NCBI RefSeq assembly: GCF_009914755.1
Contig: NC_060926.1
Strand: one strand, 5' to 3'
Source of the DNA: the human T2T-CHM13v2.0 reference genome, Homo sapiens
DNA: 64,000 nt
The notes under the pieces were generated by a model. The model did not search any database, was not told where the DNA came from, and saw nothing but the letters and a program-made list of their open reading frames with translations. Every line of letters starts with the position of its first letter. The first letter of the stretch is position 1. Both the position numbers and the translations under genes were made by a program. Shown here piece by piece: positions 1-13,414 of the stretch.

Positions 1-290
1 TCTTTGTGCTCATAAGTTTTTATCATTTTGTTCCCACTTATAAGTGAGAACAGTATTCGGTTCTTCTGTTCCTGCATTAGTTTGCTAAGGATAAGACCCT
101 CCATGTTCCCATAAAAGCCTGGAGTTAAAAAGAATGATCTCATTCTTTTTTATGGTTGCATAGTATTCCATGGTGTATATGAATTAAATTTTCTTTATCC
201 AATCTGTCATTAATGGGCATTTAGGTTGATTGCATGTCCTTGTTATTGTGAATAGGGTTACAATGAACATTTGCATCATGTGTCTTTACA
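1..290 (-). mobile_element. LINE-1 3' end fragment (older L1PA-type)
   Basis: Antisense L1 3'UTR/ORF2-end motifs 'cccacttataagtgagaa', 'tagtttgctaaggataa', 'catagtattccatggtgtatat', 'gggcatttaggttgatt'. Confidence 0.85.
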
Positions 291-292
291 TT

Positions 293-1220
293 AGACATAC
301 AAATATATGAAAAATGTTCAACATCACTAATCATCAGAGAAATAAAAATCAAAACCACAATGAGATATCATCTCACCTCACTTAAAATGACTTTTATTGA
401 AAAGAAAGGGAATAACAAATACTGGTGAGGATGGTGAGAAAGGGAACCTGTCTTCCCCTGTTGGTGGGAATGTACATTTGTTCAGCCACTATTGAAAACT
501 CTACGGAGGTTCCTCAAAAAACTGAAAATAGAATCACCATAAAATTCAGCAATTCCATGACTGGATATCTATCCAAAAGAAAGAAAATTAATACATCAGA
601 AAGATATCTGCATTCCTGTGTTTATTGCTGTGCTTTTTGCAATAGCCAAAATATAGAATCTACCTCAGTGCCCATCAGGATAAATGAATGGATTAATAAA
701 ATATGGCATATATACACAATAGAATATTATTCAGTCATAAAAAGAATAAAATCCTGTCATTTGCAGCAATATAGATGAAACTGGAGGTCACTATGTTACC
801 TAAAATAAGCCAAGCACAAAAAGACAAATATGGCATGGGTTCACTCATATATGAGAGCTAACACGATGAATCTCATGAAGATAGAGTAGATTGGTGGTTA
901 CCAGAGGCCAGGAAGGATTGGTGGGGGAAGATGAAGACAGGTTAATTAATGAGTGCAAATACACTGTTTCATAACAGAAATAAAACCTAGTGTTTGATAA
1001 ATCACTAGGCTGACTATAGTTATAATAACCAATTGTATATTTAAAAAAATCTTGAAATGAGTAATTGGAATATTTCTAGCATAAAAAAGACAAAATATAA
1101 AGTGATGGATATTATAATTATACTTATTTGATGTTCAGAAATTATAGTAATGTATTAAATGATCACATATACCACAAAATATATACATCTATTTTGTATC
1201 AAATTGAAACAACAAAAGAA
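293..1220 (+). mobile_element. LINE-1 (L1MA-type) ORF2 C-terminus and 3'UTR, 5'-truncated
   Basis: 'caacatcactaatcatcagagaaat...aaaaccacaatgagatatcatctcacc'; ORF 425-778 ends in L1 ORF2-like 'NEWINKIWHIYTIEYYSVIK'; L1MA-type 3'UTR follows. Confidence 0.9.
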
Positions 1221-1569
1221 TAAGTGGTCTCCTGTTCGTGAGGTCCCAACTGGTGCTTTGCAATTGTCACTATTAAAGGGCCTTTTTACATTGAACATGG
1301 AAGTTTAAAAGTAGCAAAGCATTCGACTGTAATGTATAGGTCCCAGATTTCTGTGTGGAGGCCTAAACTAAATAAAACTATAATAAATGGGTATGTGGTT
1401 GCAACATGCGCATCATGCTCATAAAACTTTAACTAATTTATATATACGCATGTAGAAAATGGAAGAAATATGTAAAAATAACAAAAGTTGCATTATTGTT
1501 ATGGGACTACAAGTAACTTTCAAAATTTCTTTAAAAGAAAGAAATCATGTAAAGAAGAAAAAAGGCATT

Positions 1570-1776
1570 AAGTACAAACTAAGGAAATCTGAATAACCTA
1601 TGGACTTCAGTTAATAATAGTTTCTGACTACTGATTCATTAATTGTAACCAATGTACCAAACTAATGTAAGAGCCATAATACAGGAAACAAGATTGGGAT
1701 ACGTGGGAACTCTGTATTATCTGTTCCAATTCGTTTGTAAGCCTGAAACTAACGTGACAAATAAAATCTATTAAAA
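1570..1776 (+). mobile_element. Old LINE-1 (L1MC/MD-type) 3' terminus
   Basis: 'gattcattaattgtaaccaatgtaccaaactaatgtaaga...tgggaactctgtattatct...aataaaatctattaaaa' resembles L1M 3' ends. Confidence 0.7.
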
Positions 1777-3645
1777 TTGTCACAGAATCCTGGTTTCCAA
1801 CCAGAAAGCTTGGAGTTCATATTTTATTTCCTGACCATCCAATTCTGTTTCAGTGTCACTGTGGGTTATCAGCCTCCCAGAGGTGCCAGGAAAATAAGCA
1901 CAGGGTGCTGGAATCACTGACAACCAGGTGTTCAGACTCAAAGCCAAGAACGCAAATTGGGCACTCAGCAGATGTGTCTGGTTTGGCCATAAGCATTTTT
2001 GGCAGATTCTAATGAAAGATCCGGGGAAATGTGTTGGGCATGAAACAATGTAATTTGACTCTCTAAAGTTTCCACGCCAGCAATAAGCTGTCCATTGTGG
2101 CAATTTTAATACAGGATGTGTTCCAGGTTTTGTCCATTTCTATTTCTATTTTGGCTATTTATCATCTCTCATATTTGTGAAAAGCAACGTACAAGCAAGA
2201 TGATTTTTTTTTTATGTGGCCTAGATATACCATTCCAACAGCATGGGACTAACTCAGCATGGGTTAGTTTAATTCCATGGGGTTGGCCATGCATTAAGAA
2301 AGATTGTTTTTCAATCTTAGGCTTTGAAAGACACTGAAAATACAGGTGTGAATAGAGCAGAAAATTAAGGGAGGTGGGCTAGCTTTATTCAAATGGTTAG
2401 AAATGCAATGCAGGCATGCTTGGAAAAGGTGCATCAAGGTAAATATATTTTAACTTTCCAGACCTACAATATATATTAATATTCACAGGCAATTTATGTT
2501 GACATATATATAGTCCCGGAATAAAAATAATTTCAGATGCAATAATGATAATAATAAATATTCAGATGACTTTAGTAAAACTATGCACTTGAATGATAAT
2601 GAGCCTTCAGGTTATTAATATGTAATCAGAAATAATCAGAAGGGAAATGTGTAATGAAAGCTACACATATTAAAGACAAATACACCTTTTGTTGATAGAT
2701 GAGGACAAGGATAGAGACAATTCCTCGATCATAGATTATTTGTATCACAATTGGAGGTGAGGACTACAATTAAGAATAGAAGCTTGATTGAACTCATAAT
2801 CATGGAATTTTTAAAAACATAAAAGTATATTTTATTATTTTTTATCTTTCATAGGAATCAATTCCAAGTGCATCAGAAATGCTCAATACAAGAGAAAGGA
2901 ATGATGAAATATTGTTAGACTCCTTCGTTTGTGCATATGTGTTTGTGGATGATTTGGAATGACTCCTTAGTGATTTTACTGAAATAATCTTCTCTGGGCA
3001 TGTCAGTAGACAACATCAGAATATCTGTGAGTTACAGGAGATTCAATAATCATCATGGGTTAATTAATTATGTGTTTTCTGACTTTATGTCGAGAGAAAT
3101 ATTTCCTTTTAAAGGCCCATACTATTACTATCATTTATAAAGATGTTTGATCTTGGTTTAAACATTAAACATTCAATAATTCGTGCTCACTGGCATATTT
3201 TTTCAGTATTATTGTGATTTTCTATCTTCAAATTCAACACTACATTGAGGTAAGTGAGGCATTGGGTACAAATTTACAGGGATATGAAAAAAACTTCAAT
3301 AAATCCAGATAAATACAATTTTACTCCAATACTTTAAAATGTTAAGATACAAACATTTTAAATAAAGACAGCCCTATGCCAAGATGTACTGAATCTTGAA
3401 GCCAAAGAAAAGATGTTCTCATGTATATGTTATACTAGTTTCCTGGTTTTAATGAAAGCATGCTCATAAATAATATTTTCAAAATCTATATTTGGAAAAA
3501 AATTAAAAACAAAAAATTAAAAAGAATGAGTAAATAAAATATTTAACCTTAAAATAATGTGAGTTCTAATACACCTAATTTTTAATTTTTCAACACTTTT
3601 AAGCTACATTAATGTTATGGAAAAATATAAAAATTAAAAAATATA

Positions 3646-4076
<431 letters not shown>

Positions 4077-5671
4077 TTATGCTACTGAACATTTTTCTAA
4101 TTTCCTCAAGATTCACCATGGCGTGGTAATGTCAGATCCTATCTTTATTTTTTTATATTTTATTCATCATATTTTTTCTCATTAACTTTGATTTTTAAAG
4201 TGTTTCACTCAAATATGATGTATCCGAAATATTTTCTTGGATTTCTCAAGTTTAGTGCCCAAGACAAGTGTCTCACTCTCCTCAACCTAACCCTAGCATT
4301 GTGTTGGATGAACGATTTATCTTTCTATCATTCGATACCCTCAGGCACTGTAAAGATTGGTACTTTTAACAAGTAGCTTTCTTTCAAAGACAGCACAGCT
4401 TTTGTTTACCTTAACAAGGACCAAAGAAACTCTGAGCTGCAACTTTAAAGAAGTAGTAGTTCATTTGAGGAAAAGAGTCTAACCTGTACCGTAAGATTTA
4501 AAAAAAAACCTTGTCCTGTTATAATAAATAATAGTTTGTTTGGACTAAATTTTTAAAAAGTGAATAATAATTTCTATCACTTTGAAGAAGATGTCTTTTG
4601 ATTCTTAATCTTAGGATATCCTATTTTCCTGTCTCATCTTTTGTGTATATCTTTGCCAGTTTTAATGAGGGATGTTAGCTTCTGAGGTCAGGTCTCTGTC
4701 TACTATTGTTTTAAATATTTCTGTCCCTGGCTATTGCCTCAAGAAATAAATTCAAACTTTCTGGGTAAAAATTATACATGAATTTAAAAAAAAAAACTAA
4801 AAAGATTACTTAACTCTTTCCTGCTTTTTTTTCCCAAAATTTATGAGGGGTTTTTTTTCTTCCTGCTACTAAATCATTCCTAAGAGCAGAGAAACCAAGT
4901 TATGCTGGAGCAGATTTCGTTTGTTTAGAGAAAGCCAACAGAATGGCCCTATTAGTCACTCAAATGTAGGATATAAATGGAATAGTTATTTTTGTGGAAG
5001 CCCGGGTAATAAAGTAATTAGTCTAAATTAGCAAATATATCAGACCTAATATTCTACATTATAATGTCTAATTGTTGGGAAAAAATCTTCCCAGCTTTGA
5101 AGACACCTTGAACATCTTTTTAGTGAATTTTTGATTTTCACCTCCTACATGAAAGCAAGTATGAGAGAGAGAAAGAGCGAGTGCTCAAGTGCTGGAGAGA
5201 ACTAGGAAGTCAAAAAGAGGAGGGAGGGAGGAGGGAAGAAGAAAGCGGAAAAATGGAAGGCAGCCTGGAATGGCTGAGTGGAAAGATTGGCAATATAATC
5301 AAAACTTAGAGTTGGGGAACTAGTGTTGAGCGTAAGAACAGCAGGTATTGGAAATAAAACAACTTCAAGGTTAGATTTCAGATTACATTATTTCTCTTTT
5401 TTGACCTCTGAGAGTTTTCCGTCTTACTTTTTGTAGGGTAGCTGCTACTAATCTGCTGTGTAAATGAACTCTATTTGGTCAGTTGATATTGTGTCATTGT
5501 AAATGCATAAAATTGAATGATAGTGCTTTGGTGAACCTGGGTAGTTTTTTTTTCCATGTAAATCATACACTGAAGTGCATACCCTGTTCAATCAATATTG
5601 TATATTATTAAATTTAGAAAGACACATCTATTTTCCAGGCTAGTCAAATAAGTAAATATATTCTATGTCAT

Positions 5672-5820
5672 GTTTTGGTATAAATTTATGAGGTACAAGT
5701 GCAATTTTGTTACATGCATAGATTGCCTAGTGGTGAAGTCAGGGCTTTTAGAATATCCATCACCTAAACAATGTACATTGTATCCATTAGGAGATTTTTC
5801 TCATCATTTACTCCCCTTCA
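5672..5820 (-). mobile_element. LINE-1 (L1PB/L1MA-type) 3' end fragment
   Basis: 'ggtacaagtgcaattttgttacatgcatagattgcctagtggtgaagtcagggctttta' is an antisense L1 3' terminus. Confidence 0.8.
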
Positions 5821-5829
5821 TTTGTTACC

Positions 5830-6322
5830 TATAATTGGATATATAGAGAGAAGGAAGGGAGATATTTTTTTATAAGAAATTGGCTCATGTTAATACAGAT
5901 GCTGAAAAGTCCCAAGACCTGTCTTTGGCAGTCCCAGAAGAGCCAATGCTGTAGTGCAACTCTGATTCTGAAGGCTCTAATTATGTAAATTTGACTTCAA
6001 AAGCTAGCAGGCTCAAGACCCAGAAAGAGCTGCTGTTTCCATTTGAATCTTAAGGCAAGAAAAAAAACCTGTATCCTGGCTCAAAGCAGTCAGGCAGAAG
6101 TTCCATTTTACTCTTAGGAAGATCAGCCTTTTTGTTCTATTCTGATCTTCAACTGATTGGATGGGACCTACTCATTAGAGAGTACTATCTGCTTTACTGT
6201 CTACTTATTCCAGTGTTAATCTCATCCAGAAAAACCCTAACAGGCACATCCAGAATAACATTTGATCACATATCTAGGCACCAAGTGGTCCAAACTAGTT
6301 GTCATATGAAAATAACCATCAC
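5830..6322 (-). mobile_element. MLT2-family (ERVL) LTR
   Basis: Ends with 'aatctcatccagaaaaaccctaacaggcacatccagaataacatttga...aaaataaccatcac', the reverse complement of the MLT2 start 'tgtgatggttaatttt'. Confidence 0.85.
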
Positions 6323-6421
6323 GACTTCTGACACCAAAAACTACAAGATAATAAATTTGTATCATGTTAAACCACAGTGTTTGTGGTAATTTGTTACAGC
6401 AAGAATAGGTAATTAAGAAAC
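6323..6421 (+). mobile_element. MLT1 (MaLR) LTR 3' fragment
   Basis: 'gacttctgac...aactacaagataataaatttgt...tttgtggtaatttgttacagca' is a typical MLT1 3' end. Confidence 0.8.
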
Positions 6422-6504
6422 AGTCTTAGCAAAAAAATGCATACTCAATAGGAGAGAATGGAAGAGAAGACCCCTTAGTGATTCTCTATATTCCAGAGAA
6501 TATT

Positions 6505-9500
6505 GCCTGTTTCATTTCTAATTGACTTTATTTGCATCTTCTCTCTTCTATTCTTGGCTAATCTCACTAATGGTCCATCAATTTTATTTATCTATTAAAA
6601 GAATCAGCTTTTGATTTCATTTATCTTTTGTATTTTTTTGTTTCAATTTAATTTAGTTCTGTTCTGATGTTCGTTATTTCTTTTCTTCTGCTGGGTTTTG
6701 ATTTGGATTATTCTTGTTTCTCCAGTTCCATGAAGCGTGACATTAAATTGTCTATTTGCGCTCTTTCAAACTTTTTGATGTAGGCATTTAATGCTATGAA
6801 CTTTCCTCTTAGCACTGCTTTTGCTATACGTCAGAGGTTTTGATAGGTTGTGTCACTATTATCATTTAGTTCAAAGAAATTTTTTTTTTTTTTTGAGGTG
6901 GAGTCTCGCTCTGTCCCCAGGCTGGAGTGCAGTGGCGCGATCTCCGCTCACCGCAAGCTCCGCCTCCTGGGTTCATGCCATTCTCCTGCCTCAGCCTCCT
7001 GAGTAGCTGGGACTACAGGCCCCCACTACCACGCCTGGCTAATTTTTTGTATTTTTAGTACAGACGGGGTTTCATCGTGTTAGCCAGGATGGTCTCCATC
7101 TCCTGACCTCGTGATCCGCCTGCCTCGGCCTCCCGAAGTGCTGGGATTACAGGCATGAGCCACTGCACCCAGACAGTTCAAAGAATTTTTTAACTCCCAT
7201 CTTGATTTCATTGTTGACTCAATGATCATTCAGGAGCAGGTCACTTAATTTCCATGTATTTGTATGACTTTGAGGGTTCCTTTCAGAGTTGTTTTCCAAT
7301 TTTATTATACTGTGGTCTGAGAGAGTACTTGATAAAATTTCAATTTTCTTAAATTTACAGAGACTTAATTGTGGCCTATTAAGTGGTCTATCTTGTAGAA
7401 TTTTTCATGTGCTGATGAATAGAATGTATATTCTGCAGTTGTTGGGTAGAATGTTCTGTAAATGTCTGTTAAGTGCATTTGTTGTAGGGTATAGTTTAAG
7501 TCCATTGTTTCTTTGTTGAGTTTCTGTCTTGGTGACCTGTCTAGTGCTGTCAGTGGAGTATCAAAGTTCTTCAATATCATTGTGTCACTGTCAGTCTCAT
7601 TTCTTAGGTATAGTAGTAATTGTTTTTATAAATTTGGGAGCTCCAGTGTTAGGTGCATGTATATGTAGAATTGTGATATTTTCCTGTTGGATTAGTTCTT
7701 TTATCATTATATAATGTCCCTCTTTGTCTTTTTAAATTGCTGTTGCTTTAACGTTTGTTTTGTCTGCTGTAAGAATAGCTACTCCTGCTTGCTTTGGGTG
7801 TCCATTTGCATGGAATGTCTTTTTCCACTACTTTACCTTAAGTTTATGTGAGTACTTAGGAGTTAGGTGAGTCTCCTGAAGATAGCAGAAACTTGGTTGG
7901 TGGTTTCTTATACATTCCATCTTTCTGCACCTTTTAAGTGGAGCATTTAGGTCATGTGTATTTCATGTTAGTAATGAGATGTGAGGTGCTATTCTATTCA
8001 TTGTGGTATTTGTTGCCTGAATAACTTGGTTTTTTTTCATTGTGTTATGTATGTCCTGTGAGATTTATGCTTTAAACAGGTTCTAATTTGGTATATTTTG
8101 AGGATTTGTTTCAAAGTGTAAAACTCCTTTTAGCAGTTCTTGTAGTGCTGGCTTGGTAGTGGCAAATTCTGTCAGCATTTGTTTGTCTAGAAAAGACTGT
8201 ATCTTTCCTTTGTTTATGAATCTTAGTTTCACTGGACACAAAATTCTTAGCTGATAACTGTTTTGTTTAAGAGGTGTAAAAATAGAACCCTATTCTCCTA
8301 CCTTGTAAGGTTTCTGCTGAGAAATCTGCTGTTAATCTGGTAAATTTTCCTTTATAGGTTACCTGATGCTTTTGCTTCACAGCCCTTAAGATTCTTTCCT
8401 CTTCATCTTGATTTTAGATAACCTGAAGACTAATGTGCCTAGGTGATGATCTTTTAGCAATAAATTTCCCAGGTGTTCTTTGAGCTATTTGTATTTGGAT
8501 GTCTAGATCTGTAGCAAGGCTGGGGAAGTTTTTTTTCATTTATTCCCTCAAACAAGTTTTCCAAAGTTTCAGATTCCTCTTCTTCCTCGGGAATACCAAT
8601 GATTCTTAGGTTTGAACAGTTAACCTATGTCCAACCTTCTTGGAGGCTTTGTTCAATTTAAAAAGTTATTTTTTCTTTGTCTTTAATGGATTGGGTTAAT
8701 TCAAAAGTCTTGTCTTTGAACTCTGAAGTTCTTTCTTTTGCTTGTTCAATTCTACTGCTGAGACTTTCCAGTGCAATTTGCATTTCTCTAAGTGGGTCCT
8801 TGATTTCCAGAAGTTGTGATTGTTGTTTCCTTATAGTATCTATTTCACTGAAGAATTTTTCTGTCATATCCTGTATCATGTTTTTGGTTTCTTTATGTTG
8901 GACTTCACCTATCTCTGGTGCCTCCTTGATTAGCTTAATAATCAACCTTATGAATTCTTTTTCTGGCAATTAAGATATTTCACCTTTGTTGGATCCCTTG
9001 TGGCTGAACCAGTATGATCTTTGGGGGGTGTTAAAAAACCTAGTTTTGTCATATTATCAGAATTGTTTTCCTGGTTCATTCTCTTTTGAGTAGACTGTCA
9101 GAGGGAAGAACTGGGATTCAAGGGTTGCTGTTCAGATTCTTTTGTCCCACAAGGTGTTCCCTTGATGTGGTGTTCTCCCCCTTTTCCTAGGAATGGGGCT
9201 TCCTGAGAGCCAAACTGTAGTTATTGTTTTTGATCTTCTGGATCTAGCCACCCAGCAGAGCTCCCGAGCTCTGGGCTGCTACTAGGGAGTGTCTGCAAAG
9301 AGTCCTGTGATGTGATGCATCTTCAGTGTTTGCAGCCGTGGATACCTGCACCTGCTCTGGTGGAGGTAGCAGAGGAGTAAAGTGGAACTTGGTGTCTTGG
9401 TTGTGTTTTTGTTTTAGGGCACTGGTTTGTTTTTGTGTTAGTTGGCCTCCATCCAAGAGGTGGCACTTTCAAGAGCATATCAGCTGCAGTCCTATAGGGA

Positions 9501-10155
9501 GGATGCAAACTTGCCCTAGAGACATCTGGTTAAGTATTTGGGTTTCTCAGGGGTGGGTAGGGCCATAGAGCTCCCAAGAGATTATGACCTTTGTCTTTGG
9601 TTACCAGGGTGGGTAGAGAAAGACCACTAGTTGAGGGCAGGGACAGGCTTGCCTGAGCTTAGCCTCTTCTTGAGGGGGGCTTCTTGCGGCTGTGTGGGGA
9701 ATGGGGATGTGATTCCCAGTCCAATGGAGTTGTATTCCCAGGGGGATTATGGCTGCCTCTGTTGAGTCATACAGGTAACTAGGGAAGTGGGGGAAAACTG
9801 GCAGTCACAGGCCTAACCCCACTCCCATGCAGCCTGCAGTACTAAAGAGGCCAGACTCATTCCCACCGTGTCCCCCCAACAGCACCAACTCTATTTCCAG
9901 GCAGCTGATGGCCAGGGCTGAGAACCTGCTCCAGACCACCAGCTTCCCCATTGAGAAAGCAAGCAGACTCACAGTTTTTTGGCATCACAGGAAGCCTGCA
10001 GCAGTGATCCATTTCCTTCAAAGGGTGGGTGCATTTTCTCAGCTTTCCTGGTATGTTCCTGTGGTAATTCTTGAAGCAGAAGTTCACAACGTGAGTTTCC
10101 ACATGCTGCTCTGTCCGTTCGAATAGGAGCTGCAAACTAGTTCTGCATCTTATCC
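6505..10155 (-). mobile_element. LINE-1 (L1PB-type) 5' half: 5'UTR, ORF1 and ORF2 endonuclease region, all disrupted
   Basis: ORF 7365-7580(-) is L1 endonuclease-like ('FDTPLTALDRSPRQKLNKET'); ORF 8658-8969(-) is ORF1 coiled-coil-like; GC-richer 5'UTR at ~9050-10155. Confidence 0.9.
6880..7174 (-). mobile_element. AluY-type element inserted in the L1
   Basis: Y diagnostics 'gcaagctccgcc', 'gccattctcc', 'gttagccaggatggtctc'; TSD agttcaaagaa at 6868-6878 and 7175-7185. Confidence 0.97.
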
Positions 10156-10267
10156 AAGAGTTTCTTAAATTGTGTTAAACATACAACTTTGTTTGTTAGT
10201 TCTCTGTTGGAGTCTAGAGCTTTTATCAACTTTTCAAATGGGCGAGATTCAGTGGCGTCTTGATAAC

Positions 10268-10458
10268 CAGTGGCTTTCTAGAAAACAACAATAACAACAA
10301 AATGCCTGATTGGCTGTTTTTGTTGATATCCATGGTATAAATAGTCCTGTGTTGACCGATTTCAAGCTACCAAATGTTTATAAAGCCTTCATAAAATTTT
10401 TGAATATTTAATAATTGGCTCTTCTGAGGTAGTCAGTTCTGGCTACAACCCAATATCA
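10268..10458. mobile_element. MER63-like hAT DNA transposon relic
   Basis: 'ccatggtataaatagtcc...ccgatttcaagctaccaa' and 'tttaataattggctct' resemble the recalled MER63 consensus. Confidence 0.6.
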
Positions 10459-10698
10459 GGTAAGAATAGGGAAAAAAGGCACTATGGAATTGCCCATGAT
10501 TATCAGTATATAATTTAGATCTTGTATATCAATTGCCCTTTAAAATCTTCTATTAATGTATTCAAATATTTTAAGCTCAATTTATCCCAAACTAAATTTA
10601 TAATGTTTCTCCTCATGTTACTGACAGTTCTAATTTATAAAACCTTACATAATACCCTCAATAGCTTTTGACTGCATAATAATAAATGCCCAGTTTAC

Positions 10699-11155
10699 TG
10701 TAGTGGTTTGGATAGTGTCTCCACTCCCAAAATTCATATCCATTTAGAAACTCAAAATAGGACCTTATTAGAAAATGGCGTCTCTGCAAATGTGCTTTGT
10801 TAAGGATTTTGAGATGAAGTCATCTTGGATTTAGGGTGAGCCCCAAATTCCTTGACTGGTGACTGTATTAGAGAGGAAGAGGACACAGAGACACATGGTG
10901 GGGAAAGGCTTGTGAAATGGAAGCAGAAACCGGAGTTATGCTGCCACAAGCCAAGGAACACCTGGAGCTACCAGAAGCTGGAAAAGACCAGGGGAGGTTC
11001 CTCCCTAGAGTCTTTGGAGGAACTGTGGTCCTGATGCACCTTGATTTTGTATTTGTGGCCCCCAGAACTGTGAGAGAATACACTTCTATTGTTTTAGGCT
11101 ACCCAGTTTGTCAGTTTGTGATAAGTTGCCATGGCGGCCCCAGGAAACCAAAACT
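10699..11155 (+). mobile_element. MLT1C-like MaLR solo LTR
   Basis: TG start; 'atgctgccacaagccaaggaacacctggagctaccagaagctggaa'; 'ccagaactgtgagagaata'. Confidence 0.9.
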
Positions 11156-11239
11156 CTTACCACGGCATGCAAATGTCTTCATGGCCTAACCACTGTTTAT
11201 TGCCACAGGCTCATTTTATGATTCATGTCCTATTTTCCA

Positions 11240-11630
11240 GAACCTCTAAACTACTTACGGATCTCTAAATATATCATGCATGTTTTACTTCCAGTTGTTT
11301 GTTCCCTTTGCCCATTCTCTCTGGAAGATGTCAACAACCCTTCTTAGTGTGGCCATTTCCTCCTTCAGTAGTACTTTAATGTTACCTTCTCTGGAAAGTC
11401 CTTGTGGACCCATTAAAGATATATGAGGTTACAATGGATTCTTAGAGTATCTTGTGTCTATCTCATCACAACACAATATTATAATTCCCTGTTTACTCTT
11501 ATTGTCCTCTAGACTGATTGGCTCTGTAGAACAAAGACTGTGCCTTTAACATCATTCTAATTTCTGTGCCTATCACAATGAAAGTCATCTAGAGATGACT
11601 CTATAAATATTTGTTAAATGAATTGATGAC
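11240..11630 (+). mobile_element. L2 3' fragment
   Basis: 'aatgttaccttctctggaaagtcctt...ctagactga...ataaatatttgttaaatgaattga' L2 tail. Confidence 0.65.
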
Positions 11631-12811
11631 AGAGAAAGATTAGGCACACACACACACCCCACCCCCCACCCCGCCAGGGAAGAAACTTACGTTGAGAAGT
11701 AACAGTGCGTCGATACCTTCAAGTGAAGGCAAGCTTTAAATGTATAAACACATCATAGTATGTCCAATTGAATGTGGTCATACATATAAGAGCAAAAAAA
11801 AAAAACCTATTTTATGTGAATAGCAGTAGAGGAAATGGGTGGGAAGCTGAAGATGCAAATTTCAGGTAATTTCAACAGGTATCAAATAGTATATGCAGGA
11901 ATCATATTCACTCAGTGGTTTTCAGTGTCACCATGGTATCAATGGATAGCCATAGGAATTATTAAAAAGCTATTGTAAGAATATATTCTATAATTATAAA
12001 AATCGTTCCAAAATCTAATGAACTTACTTGTGAAGTAATGTACATTCTCCTGCAGGGGTAAAAAGGTCGGGATAAATAACTTTAAGGATATTTATATACG
12101 TGCTGTACAGCAAGAGATTGGATTAGAAGAAAAACCAGTAATTTTACTCTAGTTTTCATCAAGGGACACAAGCAAATTCATTATTGATTCCTATACTCAG
12201 CAATACCGAAGAACACTTTTTCTTGAAGCGTTACTGCTCTATACACTTTGAAATTCTTTTACCACTGGTGATAACACAGTAATAAGAATTAGGGCAATTT
12301 AGTTGAATGGTTCAGTATATTGTACTGTCATGAAGTATAGATATGCTGAAGTGAGACAATCCCAAAATATGAAATCAACTTAGTTATAGTCATCTTTCAT
12401 TATTGAATTGTTTTGTTAATTATTGGATTACCTCATATTCTCACTTACATACTGAATTTGTGTTTTGATTTACTTGTTTATCCTGTTATAATAGATAATA
12501 ATACTCAGAAATAATAAAATCTGGCATTAGTCTCTTTTTTTATCTAACAGGCATGTTTCTCTGCTATCAACTTTCTTAAAATTATTATCTTTTCATCCTC
12601 AAAAATCACTGAGTGCCCCAGGAGTCTGTTAATGGTATAAAGAATAAAATATCTTCTTGTAATTTATGTCATTGGATATAAATATAAATTGAAAATAACC
12701 TTTCAATGCATGAGAGAAGCGTCTTGGAACATTTGTTTTCAAGTACCTGATCAGTAAAAATAGTATTTGGAATTAAAATCTGAGTCAATAAAACAGCATT
12801 TTCTGCTAAGT

Positions 12812-12860
12812 ACACACACACACACACACACATGCGTGCATACACACACATATACACATA
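12812..12860. repeat. (CA)n / (CA,TA) microsatellite
   Basis: Direct reading. Confidence 0.95.
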
Positions 12861-13001
12861 ATTTCTCAGCAGGCTGTAGCCAAGGGGGCAACAGAATTCA
12901 ACTGCAGTGAGGCTAATAGGGGCATCAGATACTAAAATAGAATTAAATTGAGAGTCAGGAATTAAACTTAACAGAGAGATTAATAATTCAGCTGGAAACA
13001 T

Positions 13002-13077
13002 AGAAACACACATGGTTTCAGCCTTTGCTTGGTGATTGAAAGAAACACACATGGTTTCAGCCTTTGCTTGGTGATTG
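13002..13077. repeat. Perfect 37-bp tandem duplication (period 39)
   Basis: agaaacacacatggtttcagcctttgcttggtgattg at 13002-13038 and 13041-13077, separated by 'aa'. Confidence 0.98.
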
Positions 13078-13414
13078 TGTCATCTGAAAAGTAAAATAAA
13101 TAATGTGAAATGAAATCAATCACACTGTAGACCTTGATACTTTTGGAAGTAGAATACTGACTGCCTGCCAGAGTCCCTGAAGTTAATCCTGTGCCCCGTG
13201 GAAGGCTGCTTTCACCAGTTTTTCCTTACGCTGATTTATTGATTGGTCATAGCTGGCAAGCATTAGAGAAAGAAAGAAACTTACTGGCATCATATAATAA
13301 TGTATATATTACATATCATATATACACAATATATTAAATATATTTATATACACACATTTAAATAGATGCATTATAATTTTACATATTTATTAAGTATAGA
13401 ATGATATATCCATA

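Noticed and set aside
1780-2337. ORFs in unique sequence (1780-2103, 2116-2337; likewise 34696-35034, 60264-60500)
   Set aside because: Short, with no recognisable domain or supporting gene structure; consistent with chance.
11645-11676. C-rich tract as a minus-strand G-quadruplex
   Set aside because: Only three separated runs of 3 or more G, so it is not a canonical four-tract motif.
13002-13077. CRISPR-like reading of the short direct repeats (also 19134-19178 and 22261-22392)
   Set aside because: Only 2-4 adjacent copies, no unique spacers, no cas genes, and the context is primate DNA.
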